A stretch of DNA of 64,000 bases from assembly GCA_963787925.1 (NCBI GenBank), contig CAWBEN010000005.1, forward strand, positions 265,651-329,650. Reading direction: 5' to 3'. A model generated the notes under the pieces. It did no database searches, had not been told where the DNA came from, and saw only the letters and a list, made by a program, of their open reading frames with translations. This document shows, piece after piece, positions 17,256 through 26,609 of the stretch. This stretch comes from an uncultured delta proteobacterium. GTDB taxonomy: Bacteria > Myxococcota_A > Polyangia > Polyangiales > Polyangiaceae. The translations under genes were made by a program, and so were the position numbers. The first letter of the stretch is position 1. Each line of letters starts with the position of its first letter.

Positions 17256-19070
17256 ATGTCGGACCGTGTGGCGATTGTTCACGATTGGCTTACGTCGATG
17301 CGAGGCGGCGAGAGGGTCCTCGAGGTTTTGTGTAAAGTCTTTCCGCAGGCCGACCTGTTCACGCTCACCTTGGACCCGGCGCAGTTGTCGCCCGCGCTCG
17401 CGCGCCGGCCCGCCACCACGTCGGCCATCGACTACGTGGCGCGCGCGCCCTTCGTCAGCGGTCGTTTCCGCGGGCTCTTGCCGTTTTTCCCGCTCGCCGT
17501 GGAGTCTTTCAAGCTCGGGGGCTACGGCTTGGTCGTCTCGAGCAGCCATTGCGTGGCCATCGGCGCGATTGCGCCTGCGAGCGCGCTGCACGTGGCCTAC
17601 GTGCATTCGACGCTTCGCTACGTCCGTGAGGGCCAACCCATCTACGAGGCGAGCGTGCCTGGCCATCGCGTCGGTCGGGCGGTCTTTCGCGGCGCCGCGC
17701 ACTATCTGCGTCGCTGGGAGACGGCTGCGGCGGCGCGCCCCGACGTCCTCATTGCGAATAGCACCTACACGCGCGATCGCATCCGCCGCTACTACCGGCG
17801 GGACGCGCAGGTGATCGAGCCGCCCATCGAGACCGGTCGCTTCGAGCGCGCCGCCGCGCATGCCCCCCGCCTCGACGAACGGGCGCCATTTCTTCTCGTG
17901 TCGGCGCTCGTGCCGAACAAGCGCGTCGACCTTGCGCTGCGCGCTTTTCGTGGACGGAGCGAGCGCCTCGTGGTGGTGGGCGACGGCCCGGAGAGGACCC
18001 GCCTCGCTAGCCTGGCGGGTCCCAACGTGACCCTTCTGCCACGGGTCGAAGAGACGGAGCTGGCGTCGTTGTACGCGAGCTGCCGAGCCCTGCTGCACAC
18101 GGGCGTCGACGACTTTGGAATGGTCATGGTCGAGGCGCTGGCCGCCGGAAGGCCCGTGCTCGCGTGCGCTGAAGGTGGAGCGCTCGACATCGTTCGCGAC
18201 GGAGAGACGGGTCTGCTCATCGAGGCAGCGACCGTAGAAGCCGTTCGCGCCGCACTCGATCGCTTTCACTCGATGGCTGGGGCGTTCGATCCGTCCACGC
18301 TTCAGAAGAGCGCGAGGCGCTTCGACGGGGCAAGCTTCGAGCGGCGATTCGCGGACGCGGTGCAAGAGGCGCATGCTCTCCGAGGTCGTGCGCCCTCGGG
18401 CCAGTCCCGCGGTCGCCCTCGCAACGGCCTCTCGGCCGATCTCGCGAGGTGCCGCACGAGCAGTCCGGGCCCGTCACCGGAATCGGAGCCGGCCGAGGGG
18501 CCCGTCGCGACCATTTCTCCAGCGGGCCGCGCGATCAAGCGGCTGGTGGACGTCACGCTCGCTGCCTCGGGTCTCGTCCTGGCCGCGCCGCTGGTCGCCG
18601 CGCTCGGCGTGACCATACGAATCGACTCGCGCGGACCGGCGCTATTTTACCAGCGTCGAGCGGGCCGCGAGCGACGACCGTTCACGCTCGTGAAGCTGCG
18701 AACGATGGATGCCGCCGGCCGCGTGACCCGCGTCGGTCGTCTGCTGCGGCCACTGGGCCTCGATGAGCTGCCGCAATTGTGGAACGTGCTGAAGGGCGAC
18801 ATGAGCCTCATTGGTCCGAGGCCCGAGGTACCCGAGCGCGTCGCCCGCTTCGGCGAGGCTCTGCCTGGCTATGGCATGCGCCACGCGATGCGCCCTGGCA
18901 TTACGGGGTGGGCTCAGGTCAACGGTCTTCGTGGCGACGTGTCGATGGCCGAGCGCCTTCGATTCGATCTCCAATACCTGCGAGAATGGAGCTTCGCGCT
19001 GGACGGTCGTATCTTGATGCGAACCGTCTCGGCGGTGCTCGCCGACACGGCTCGCTCGTTCCGACGCTGA
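17256..19070 (+). CDS. Fusion protein: GT4 glycosyltransferase (N) + small bacterial sugar transferase / phosphoglycosyl transferase (C)
   Basis: N-terminal part: VAIVHDWLTSMRGGERV, HTGVDDFGMVMVEALAAGRPV, ETGLL. C-terminal part: KRLVDVTLAASGLVLAAPL, FTLVKLRTM, DELPQLWNVLKGDMSLIGPRP, GITGWAQVNG. A single uninterrupted frame. Confidence 0.8.
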   Translation: MSDRVAIVHDWLTSMRGGERVLEVLCKVFPQADLFTLTLDPAQLSPALARRPATTSAIDYVARAPFVSGRFRGLLPFFPLAVESFKLGGYGLVVSSSHCVAIGAIAPASALHVAYVHSTLRYVREGQPIYEASVPGHRVGRAVFRGAAHYLRRWETAAAARPDVLIANSTYTRDRIRRYYRRDAQVIEPPIETGRFERAAAHAPRLDERAPFLLVSALVPNKRVDLALRAFRGRSERLVVVGDGPERTRLASLAGPNVTLLPRVEETELASLYASCRALLHTGVDDFGMVMVEALAAGRPVLACAEGGALDIVRDGETGLLIEAATVEAVRAALDRFHSMAGAFDPSTLQKSARRFDGASFERRFADAVQEAHALRGRAPSGQSRGRPRNGLSADLARCRTSSPGPSPESEPAEGPVATISPAGRAIKRLVDVTLAASGLVLAAPLVAALGVTIRIDSRGPALFYQRRAGRERRPFTLVKLRTMDAAGRVTRVGRLLRPLGLDELPQLWNVLKGDMSLIGPRPEVPERVARFGEALPGYGMRHAMRPGITGWAQVNGLRGDVSMAERLRFDLQYLREWSFALDGRILMRTVSAVLADTARSFRR

Positions 19071-19076
19071 GGCGCC

Positions 19077-20384
19077 ATGTCGCCCGGGCGGGAGCTGCGC
19101 GACGCGATTGCAAACCTTTCGCTCAAGACCCTCTCGCTGGGGCTGGAGCGCGTCTGCCGGCTCGTCGTAGTCCTCGCCTCGGCTCCAGTGCTCGGCCAGG
19201 CGGCGTTCGGCCGCTTCGTCTTCGCGTCCGCACTGACGTCGCTGCTCGCGCTCGGGACGGATATCGGTCTTGGCGTGTGGACCACACGCGCGCTCGCGCG
19301 CGACCGGGGCGATGGCGACGCAATCGTGCTCCTGGGGGCGTCCGTCCGCGCGCTCGCTGCCATTCCGTATGCGGTCGTGGTGGGAGGGATCGCGATCCTC
19401 GCCGTCAAGGGCGAAACGCGCGCCGCCGTCGCGCTCCTTGGCGTGGCCGCGCTCGCCAACGCGTTTGTCGATCACGTCTCGGCGATCCTTCGAGGATACG
19501 AGCGCTTTGCCGAGGAGGCGGCGCTGAACGGCTGCCGAGCCCTCGCTACGGCGATGGCTGGTCTCGTGGCGCTCGTCGCGGGTCGCTCGCTCGTGAGCCT
19601 CTGCGCGGCGCTGGTCGCGGCGAGCCTGGCGGGCTGCCTTTACGGCCTCGCCACGCTGCTGCGGTTTCACCCGCTCTCCGGCCTGGTAAAGCGGACGACG
19701 AGGGCTCGCGCACGGGAGCTCGCCGGCGTCGCGCTGAGCCAGTCGTGGCCTATCTGGATCGCCGGCCTGCTGTCGCTCCTCTATTTCAAGGTCGACACAT
19801 TTTTCTTGCGCTTCCTCGCTGGTGACGCCGAGCTCGGGGCGTACGGCGCGGCGTTCAAGCTCTTCGAAGGGTGCATGATTCTGCCGTCCATCGTGCTCTC
19901 GATCGCGTTTCCAAAGCTGGCGCGCGCCCACACCGATGCGCGTGCGCAACGCAGGCTCGAGCGCCTACTGGCGGTCTCGTTGATCGGTCTTGGCGTGGCC
20001 GTCGGGGCGGTTGGTTTTCTGGGTGCAAGGCCGCTCGTGAGCTTGCTCTTCGGCGCCGGCTTTGGCCGGGCCGTCGCCTCGATGCGCATTCTCGCGCTCG
20101 GGCTCCCTCTGCTCTACCTGAACTTTGGACTGACTCACTTTTTGCTGGCCCGCGACCTGGGGCGGGCCACCACCTGGCTCGCGGCAATGATGCTCGCGGC
20201 GAACGTGGCGCTCGACGCAGCTCTCATTCCGCGGGGGTCTGGCCCGGGGGCCGCCTGGGCCACCGTGCTCAGTGAGGTCGCACTGACGGCGGCCTCACTA
20301 GCGGTCCTCCGAATGGTGGGGCCGGTTGGTCGCCGGCGGCGGTCAGCCCGAGGAGCAGCCAGAACAGCCCCAAAAGTGGCGTGA
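19077..20384 (+). CDS. Polysaccharide flippase (Wzx/MOP superfamily)
   Basis: 435 aa, about 12-14 TM segments. N-terminus NLSLKTLSLGLERVCRLVVVLASAPVLGQAAFGRF is typical of oligosaccharide flippases. Confidence 0.75.
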   Translation: MSPGRELRDAIANLSLKTLSLGLERVCRLVVVLASAPVLGQAAFGRFVFASALTSLLALGTDIGLGVWTTRALARDRGDGDAIVLLGASVRALAAIPYAVVVGGIAILAVKGETRAAVALLGVAALANAFVDHVSAILRGYERFAEEAALNGCRALATAMAGLVALVAGRSLVSLCAALVAASLAGCLYGLATLLRFHPLSGLVKRTTRARARELAGVALSQSWPIWIAGLLSLLYFKVDTFFLRFLAGDAELGAYGAAFKLFEGCMILPSIVLSIAFPKLARAHTDARAQRRLERLLAVSLIGLGVAVGAVGFLGARPLVSLLFGAGFGRAVASMRILALGLPLLYLNFGLTHFLLARDLGRATTWLAAMMLAANVALDAALIPRGSGPGAAWATVLSEVALTAASLAVLRMVGPVGRRRRSARGAARTAPKVA

Positions 20385-22143
20385 ACTCGAAGAAGTAGTC
20401 GAGCGTGCCGTGCAGGAAGAACGCGCCCGCGGCGATGGCGGTGCCTAGCAAGGCGAGCCGCCCGTTCGCGGCATGCCGTTGAACCGAGCAGAGGAGCGCC
20501 CACCCGATCAACGCGAGCGCTGCCATCCCCGCGAGGCCGAGGTCCGCGAGTGTCTCGAAAAAGAGGCTGTTGGCGTGGATGCGCGTGTCAGTGTAGGGCT
20601 GGCCGGTCGGCGCCGGGGAGAGCACGGCCTGATAGCTCCGTCGAAAGTTGTCGGGGCCGATGCCGAGCCACGGGCGTTCACGCCAAAGGACCAACGCCGC
20701 CTTCCACAAGGCGAGGCGCGACGGAGGCTGCGGGGGGACGGCGGTCCGCTCGACGCGGTCCGCGGCAGACGGGAGCCAAGGCGCCTCGCTTTGGAGCTCG
20801 CCGCGGACTTCGACCGATTGTCGCGGCATTGCGTTGCCGCGGTCGCTGAACCAACTGCTGCCTTCTTGCGCCAGATCCCAGCGCAGGCGATAGGAACCCT
20901 CTCTCGAGGGGGCGCTCGCCACGCCGACGACGTGGACCTCGCCTCCTGGAGGCACGTCGGCGGGCAACGCCGTCCGTTTGCCCTCGTAGTCGGCGAGCGT
21001 GCTCGGCCCATCTACGCGTTCCCAGTGGTAGCCGAGATGGACGGGCTGCGCGCCAGCGTGCCGCCATGCGACCGCGCCGGTGTTTCGCAACGTGATCGGA
21101 ACGGCGAACGACTCACGCAACCGCAGCACGCGCGGCGTCTGGTCGACCTGGTACTCCGCCCGCAGCCATTGGTCGTCGTGCCACCATCGCAGCCTCTGCC
21201 CGAGTGGCGATCCCGAGCCGGCAGCGCTGAGGGCGAGGCCCGAAGACGTCACGATGACGGCGAGCGCCACGATGGCCGCGGGGCGCAGGCTCTGCATCGA
21301 GCGCCGTCCAAGTGCGAGGAGCGCTGCGCTGGCCAAGGCCGCGCCGGCAAGCCCAGAGCGCGTAGCGCTCGCGAGGATGGCCGTGACGAGAAGGGTGGTG
21401 CCCAACCCCACGAGGCCGAGCCGCGCAGTGGAGCGGCCGTCGGAGCGCGATTCGGCCTCTACGAGCGGCGCGGTGACCAGCAGCGGCACGGCCGCCTCCC
21501 AGTACATCGCTCCGATCGTCGGATAACCGAAGACCCCGCTCGCACGCACCAATCCGAGAGTGTCGAACTGACCCTCGCGGAAGGCTTCCCATGCCGAGGA
21601 GCTGCTCGGAACGAGCCACTCGAGCGTCGCTGTGATGGACGAAAGCAGCGCGCCGGCGAGCAGCGCCCAGATCACCCTTCGGCGCGCTGCGGTCGCGCCG
21701 GTCAGCCTTCGCGCGACGAAGAAGACGAGCACTCCGCTCGCGCTTCGGAGAGCGAACTTCGAGGCGGCGGCTCGAAAGCTCCCTGCGCCGATCGCCGATG
21801 CGAACGGCACGACCAACCAGACGAGCGCCGCAAGTACCATTGGGTCGCCACGCCAAGCCCCGATCGCGGCGAGGGGTCTTGAGCCCGCGCGAGCCCAGTC
21901 GCGCGCGAAGACGAGACCGCCCGCGGCGATCGTCGCGTAGAGGACGAGCTCGACGCTGGTCATCTGGAGGGGACCGAGCCGGAAAAGCGGCGCCTCGAAC
22001 GGAAGCGTCGACGCGAGCAGCACGAGAAGGCCGCTGGCGAGGCGATTGAGGATCCGTCCCGCCGGGACACGCCGCTCCTCGGGGCCATCGACGGGCGACG
22101 CGCTTGCCGAGGGCGTTCCGGGATCCATGACGCGATGATGCAC
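20269..22143 (-). CDS. O-antigen ligase/polymerase (Wzy_C) family membrane protein with inserted beta-sandwich (NBR1-like) domain
   Basis: 624 aa, polytopic. ATRSGLAGA and WRERPWLGIGPDNF are Wzy_C-type motifs. The soluble insert reads FAVPITLRNTGAVAW...YRLRWDLAQEGSSWFSDRG. Confidence 0.75.
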   Translation of the reverse strand: MHHRVMDPGTPSASASPVDGPEERRVPAGRILNRLASGLLVLLASTLPFEAPLFRLGPLQMTSVELVLYATIAAGGLVFARDWARAGSRPLAAIGAWRGDPMVLAALVWLVVPFASAIGAGSFRAAASKFALRSASGVLVFFVARRLTGATAARRRVIWALLAGALLSSITATLEWLVPSSSSAWEAFREGQFDTLGLVRASGVFGYPTIGAMYWEAAVPLLVTAPLVEAESRSDGRSTARLGLVGLGTTLLVTAILASATRSGLAGAALASAALLALGRRSMQSLRPAAIVALAVIVTSSGLALSAAGSGSPLGQRLRWWHDDQWLRAEYQVDQTPRVLRLRESFAVPITLRNTGAVAWRHAGAQPVHLGYHWERVDGPSTLADYEGKRTALPADVPPGGEVHVVGVASAPSREGSYRLRWDLAQEGSSWFSDRGNAMPRQSVEVRGELQSEAPWLPSAADRVERTAVPPQPPSRLALWKAALVLWRERPWLGIGPDNFRRSYQAVLSPAPTGQPYTDTRIHANSLFFETLADLGLAGMAALALIGWALLCSVQRHAANGRLALLGTAIAAGAFFLHGTLDYFFEFTPLLGLFWLLLGLTAAGDQPAPPFGGPLVRPPSVRPH

Positions 22144-22291
22144 CAGCTGTCCGGCGCCCGCAGCTGCGGCGGAGGTGATGGGAAAGATCGGCGAGGGTCG
22201 GGTCGCACCGATCAGCCGGGGTGAAAAACTCCGTCACATCGCGATGGCCGAGGAGCGATGCCGCTGGCCGCCGGGCTGCAGATCGTGAACT

Positions 22292-24457
22292 GTGAGTGCA
22301 GCCATGAGGCTGGCCGTCGAAGTCACCACGTGCACTCCTTCGCGAACCGGCGTGGGTTATTACACCGAGCACCTGGTCGACGCCCTGTTGGCCACGCGAG
22401 CTCCGGACGACCAGGTGGTCCTCTTGACGAATCGCGCCCCTGCTTCGGAGCTTGCAGACCGCTGGTCGTCATCGCTCCACGTGCGCGCGTTCGGGGTCCG
22501 CGCGCTGTGGATGCAATCGATGGTGCCGCGCATGCTGACGGAGACGCGCGCCGACGCGGCCGTCTTCCCGAACTACATGATGCCGCTGGCGGCTCCGTGC
22601 GCGAGCGTGGTGATCGTGCACGATCTCGCCATTCTGCGAACGCCGCAGCACTTCACGATGCACAAGCGGCTCTTCATGCAAGCAACGTTGCGGCGTTCCG
22701 TCGCGGCCGCCTCCGTGGTGGGGACCGTCTCGAGGGCCGCTCAGCACGACATTCTCCAGCTCCTCGGCATCGACCCGGAGCGCGTCGCGCTTTTACCGGC
22801 GGCAGCTCACCCGTCTTGCGTCCCGGCCTCCGCCGAGGAGGTGCGCGCGGTTCACGCGAGACATGGGCTCTCGCGGCCGTACGTTCTCACGGTCGGAACG
22901 CTCGAGCCGCGCAAGAACCTCGTCACGCTCTTGCGCGCGTTCGATGAGCTCGTGGCCGCGGCGCCCGAGCACGAGCTCGTCGTGGTGGGGGGACGTGGCT
23001 GGCTCGACGAGGCCCTCGTGCGGGAGCTGGAGGCACGATCCGCGAGCCGACGCGTCCGCTGGCTCGGCTACGTCACCGAGCCCGATCTCGTGGCGCTCTA
23101 TACGGGGGCCGATCTCTTCGCGCTCGCGTCGACCTTGGAGGGCTTTGGGCTACCCCTCCTCGAGGCGATGGCGTGCGGCACGCCCGTCATCGCTTCGGAC
23201 GTGGCGGCCCTACGCGAAGTTGGGGGCGAGGTCGCGCACTACGTCCCTGCCACCGACTCCAGCGCTTTCGCCCGCGCGATCGCTCACACGCTCCGCGATG
23301 GCGAGGCCCGCCCCGCGCTGCGCGCCGCGGGACTGGCGCGAGCGAAGGAGTTCTCGTGGACGCGGACCGCCGAGGCGCTATGGGCTCGTGTCCGCACGAT
23401 CGCGCCGACGCGGGTCGCGGCGACGGGCCACGCGCGGGCCACGCCCGTGCGAGCGGCAGCCGCCTCCGTCGATGCTCGTCCCCCCCTGCCGCGACCTCTC
23501 CACCCGGCTCCGTCGGGTATCAGCGAGCGGGAGTGGGCGCTGCTCGCGACCGTGGTCTACGCGGACCTTTTCGACTCACCTTTGCCGCTGCACGAGGCGG
23601 CGAGCGCAGCCTTCGGAGTCGTGCTCGACGCCGCCGCGGTCCGCCGTCTTGCGGCGGGCCCGACCCTCTCCCGTCTGGTGACGCTGCACCCGAGCGGCTA
23701 TCTCGTCCTGGCCGGGCGCGAGCACCTCGCCGACGACATGCCGGAACGAGAGGCGCTGACGCAGAAGCTCGTTCATCGAAGCCGCCGATCTCTCACGCTC
23801 CTCGCGGCCCTACCCTACGTCCGAGCGCTGGTGACCTCGGGAGGGGTCGTTCATCGGAATCCGGGCAAGCGACCCGACTACGATCTCTTCGTCGTCGCTG
23901 CGAGTCGGCGCGCGTATACCGCATATACGTTGCTGTTTCTGGCCACCAAGCTCACGGGCACCCGCCGGCTCATCTGCCCGAACTACCTAGTGGACGAGAG
24001 CGAGCTCGCTGTCGTCTACCACCGCGATTTGTTCACTGCACACCAACTCAAGTCGTGCCGCCCCTCATCGGGCCAACGCGCCTACGCGACATTGTGTGAA
24101 GCCAACGAGGGCTGGGTCCGAGAGTTCTTCCCTGCCTTCGCGCCGTCGAGCGCGGCCGAGTCAGCGCCGCCATCGGCGCTGGGCTTGGCGGGTCAGCGGG
24201 CCGGGGAGCTTGCGCTTCTCCCTTTGGCCGACTTCGTGGAGCGGGTGCTTCGCTTCGGCTGGCGGTTGCGCCTGCGGCGACGTGCGGCCAGCGCCGTTCG
24301 CGGCGATGTCGTTCTCGCTGATGGGATCCTGAAGCTGCATTTGTCGGACTACCGACGCCGCGTGCTGGAACGCTTCGCCAGGCGCCTTCAGGCGCTTCGC
24401 GCCCAGCTCGAGTCCCCGACGCGCTCTCCCACCCCGCCGGACCCGGTCGCCCCGTGA
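22292..24457 (+). CDS. GT4 glycosyltransferase with ~330-aa C-terminal domain of unknown function
   Basis: N-terminal part: TGVGYYTEHLV, TLEPRKN, STLEGFGLPLLEAMACGTPVIASD. The C-terminal half (from about 23480) has no motif I recognise. Confidence 0.75.
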   Translation: MSAAMRLAVEVTTCTPSRTGVGYYTEHLVDALLATRAPDDQVVLLTNRAPASELADRWSSSLHVRAFGVRALWMQSMVPRMLTETRADAAVFPNYMMPLAAPCASVVIVHDLAILRTPQHFTMHKRLFMQATLRRSVAAASVVGTVSRAAQHDILQLLGIDPERVALLPAAAHPSCVPASAEEVRAVHARHGLSRPYVLTVGTLEPRKNLVTLLRAFDELVAAAPEHELVVVGGRGWLDEALVRELEARSASRRVRWLGYVTEPDLVALYTGADLFALASTLEGFGLPLLEAMACGTPVIASDVAALREVGGEVAHYVPATDSSAFARAIAHTLRDGEARPALRAAGLARAKEFSWTRTAEALWARVRTIAPTRVAATGHARATPVRAAAASVDARPPLPRPLHPAPSGISEREWALLATVVYADLFDSPLPLHEAASAAFGVVLDAAAVRRLAAGPTLSRLVTLHPSGYLVLAGREHLADDMPEREALTQKLVHRSRRSLTLLAALPYVRALVTSGGVVHRNPGKRPDYDLFVVAASRRAYTAYTLLFLATKLTGTRRLICPNYLVDESELAVVYHRDLFTAHQLKSCRPSSGQRAYATLCEANEGWVREFFPAFAPSSAAESAPPSALGLAGQRAGELALLPLADFVERVLRFGWRLRLRRRAASAVRGDVVLADGILKLHLSDYRRRVLERFARRLQALRAQLESPTRSPTPPDPVAP

Positions 24458-26359
24458 CGTCGCGCGGTCGGTCGATGGCGACGGTCACCACCTGCGGAGC
24501 GGCCCTGCTCGTGCTGCTGGTCTTCGCGCCGGCGCTGTATCAGCCTTTTCTTGCCCCGAAGTTCGCTGCTTTGGAGCTGACCGCTTCGCTCGGGCTGGTC
24601 TGCTTTGCGCTCCGATGGGCGGAGGCGGGCTCCGCTACACCGCCGCAATGGACGCGCGAGCTCGCCCTTGGAGCCCTCTTCGTCCTCGGTACGACGCTCG
24701 TCGCATGGCTCGCCGCCGCGGGCAGGCCCTGGGGCGCGCCGTATGCTGCCGACTCGGTGGGGAGATGGGGATCGCTCTTCGGGCTCGCCTGCGGTGCGAG
24801 CGCTCTCGACGACTCGCCGGACGCCCAGCAAACGGTCCTCGAGGCGGTCACGATCGCCAGCGGAGCGGTTGCCGCGATCGGCCTCTTGCAGCACCTCGAG
24901 GCGCTACCTCTTTCCATTCCGGTCATCAGCTTGCCCGGTTCGACCTTCGGCAATCGGAACCCCGCCGCCGAAGTCATGGCCATGGCGCTCCCTTTCGGAA
25001 TCGGCGCGGCGGCAGGGACACGGCAGCGGGGCGTACGAGGCATGATCCTCGTGGCGCTGGGGCTGGAGCTCCTTTTTCTAGCGGTCACGCGGACGCGCGG
25101 GGCCTGGCTCGGAGCGGCGTGCGGTCTCGCCACGACGATGGCGTTGGCGCGGGTGCGGATTCTCGCGCGCATCAGGCGCGCTCGCGGCGGCGGCGGTCGT
25201 CGTTGCCGGCGTGGCGGCGTGGGTGCCGGGGCGTTTCAACGCCCACGACGCGGGCGACGCGAAGCGGTACGCAGGCCTCGTCGAGGTGCTGCAAGAAGGG
25301 GTGGACATTCACTCGACGGCGTTGAGGACGCGCCTAGGGCTCTGGCGTCGCACGGCAGCCATCGTCCGGGACTACCCGATCTTCGGGGTCGGACCCGGCA
25401 ACTGGCCCGTGGTGTTCCCGCTCTACGCCGAGCCGGGCGCAACGCGTGACGGAGTCCTGAGCGCGACGCTTGCGCCTCGCCAGGCCCACGATGACCTGCT
25501 CGAGCGGGCGGCGGAGACCGGCCTTCTCGGTCTCTTGGCGTTCGGTTGTCTGGTCGGTGGAGCCTCGATCGCCATGCGCCGCCGTCTTCGCGACGGGAGC
25601 GAGGACACGCGGAGGGTCACCTCGGCCGGCGCGGGCGTCCTGATCGCGCTGCTTGCGCTCTCGCTCGGCAGTTTCCCACTGGAGAGCCCCGGCACGTTGA
25701 CGCTCGCCGGAGTGGCGTTGGGACTCGTCGCGGCCGAACGGAAATCTCGCAACGCGGAATCGTCGGCCGCATCGCGATCGGCACCCGGGGCGAGCCGGCC
25801 CGTGGCCTATGCAGCGCTGGCCTTTGCGGTCGCGCTCTTTCCCTGGGTCGCGTTGCGCGCCGAGCGCAACCTACGCGCGAGCGGGTGGCTCGGCGTCGCC
25901 GAACGCGCGATGCGCCGCGATCGCGGGCCGGTCGGCGCTGCCGAAGCCCTTTCGGCGTTGCAGCACGCCATCGCTGCGGCCCCGAGAGATTACCGGGCGA
26001 ACCTCCGCGCTGCGCAGATGTTCTCGCGCGTGGGGCGGTTCGCGGACTCTGCCTCGGCTGCCCGCGTGGCGCTCGGAACGGAGCCCTACGCGCCGAACGC
26101 GTGGGCGGCACTCGCCGCCGCCGACCTCGCGGCGGGCGATCGCGACGCCGCAAGGCGCGATGCCACGCGGGCCCTCGTGCTGCTGCGAGACTACCCGTTC
26201 GCGCTGGACCTGCGCGCGCGCACGGCCGACCAGCAGGGCGATGTTCAAGCCGCTGCGAGCGACCGCCAACGACTGACCGCCCTTGCAGCCGGGCCTCCAG
26301 ACGACGACACGACGCGCACCGCGCGCGCCCTCAGCGCCCCAGCGGACGGCACCAAGTAG
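24454..26359 (+). pseudogene. O-antigen ligase-like (Wzy_C) membrane protein with C-terminal TPR region, apparent frameshift near 25165
   Basis: ORF 24454..25449 is plausible up to ...TRTRGAWLGAACGLATTMALARVRIL and then turns Arg-rich. The frame of ORF 25211..26359 already reads SRASGALAAAAVVVAGVAAWVP from about 25163 and continues LGLWRRTAAIVRDYPIFGVGPGNW. The switch lies in the run tctcgcgcgcatc. Confidence 0.7.
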
Positions 26360-26386
26360 CTCGGCCGCGTAAGAGAGCGCGGGCTC

Positions 26387-26557
26387 TCAGCCCGCGGTCA
26401 TCGAGCCGGCGGCCGCCTCGGCCGGGCTCGCACTCCCTGGCGCTGCGCCGTCGTCGGCGGGGCTCGGAGTCGTCGAGGAGCTACTGCAAGCTACGCTCAA
26501 GGCAACCGCGAGGGCCACCAGGAGAAGCGAAACCAGGCCATTCGAGTGTCGCACCAT
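26387..26557 (-). CDS. Small (56-aa) putative lipoprotein
   Basis: Last 56 codons of ORF 26387..26842: MVRHSNGLVSLLLVALAVALSVAC followed by a Ser/Thr/Pro/Ala tail. Confidence 0.35.
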   Translation of the reverse strand: MVRHSNGLVSLLLVALAVALSVACSSSSTTPSPADDGAAPGSASPAEAAAGSMTAG

Positions 26558-26609
26558 GTCACGCTCCACCGCTAAAGATGCCCCAAGCATACGAAAGGCC
26601 TGCTGCGTG

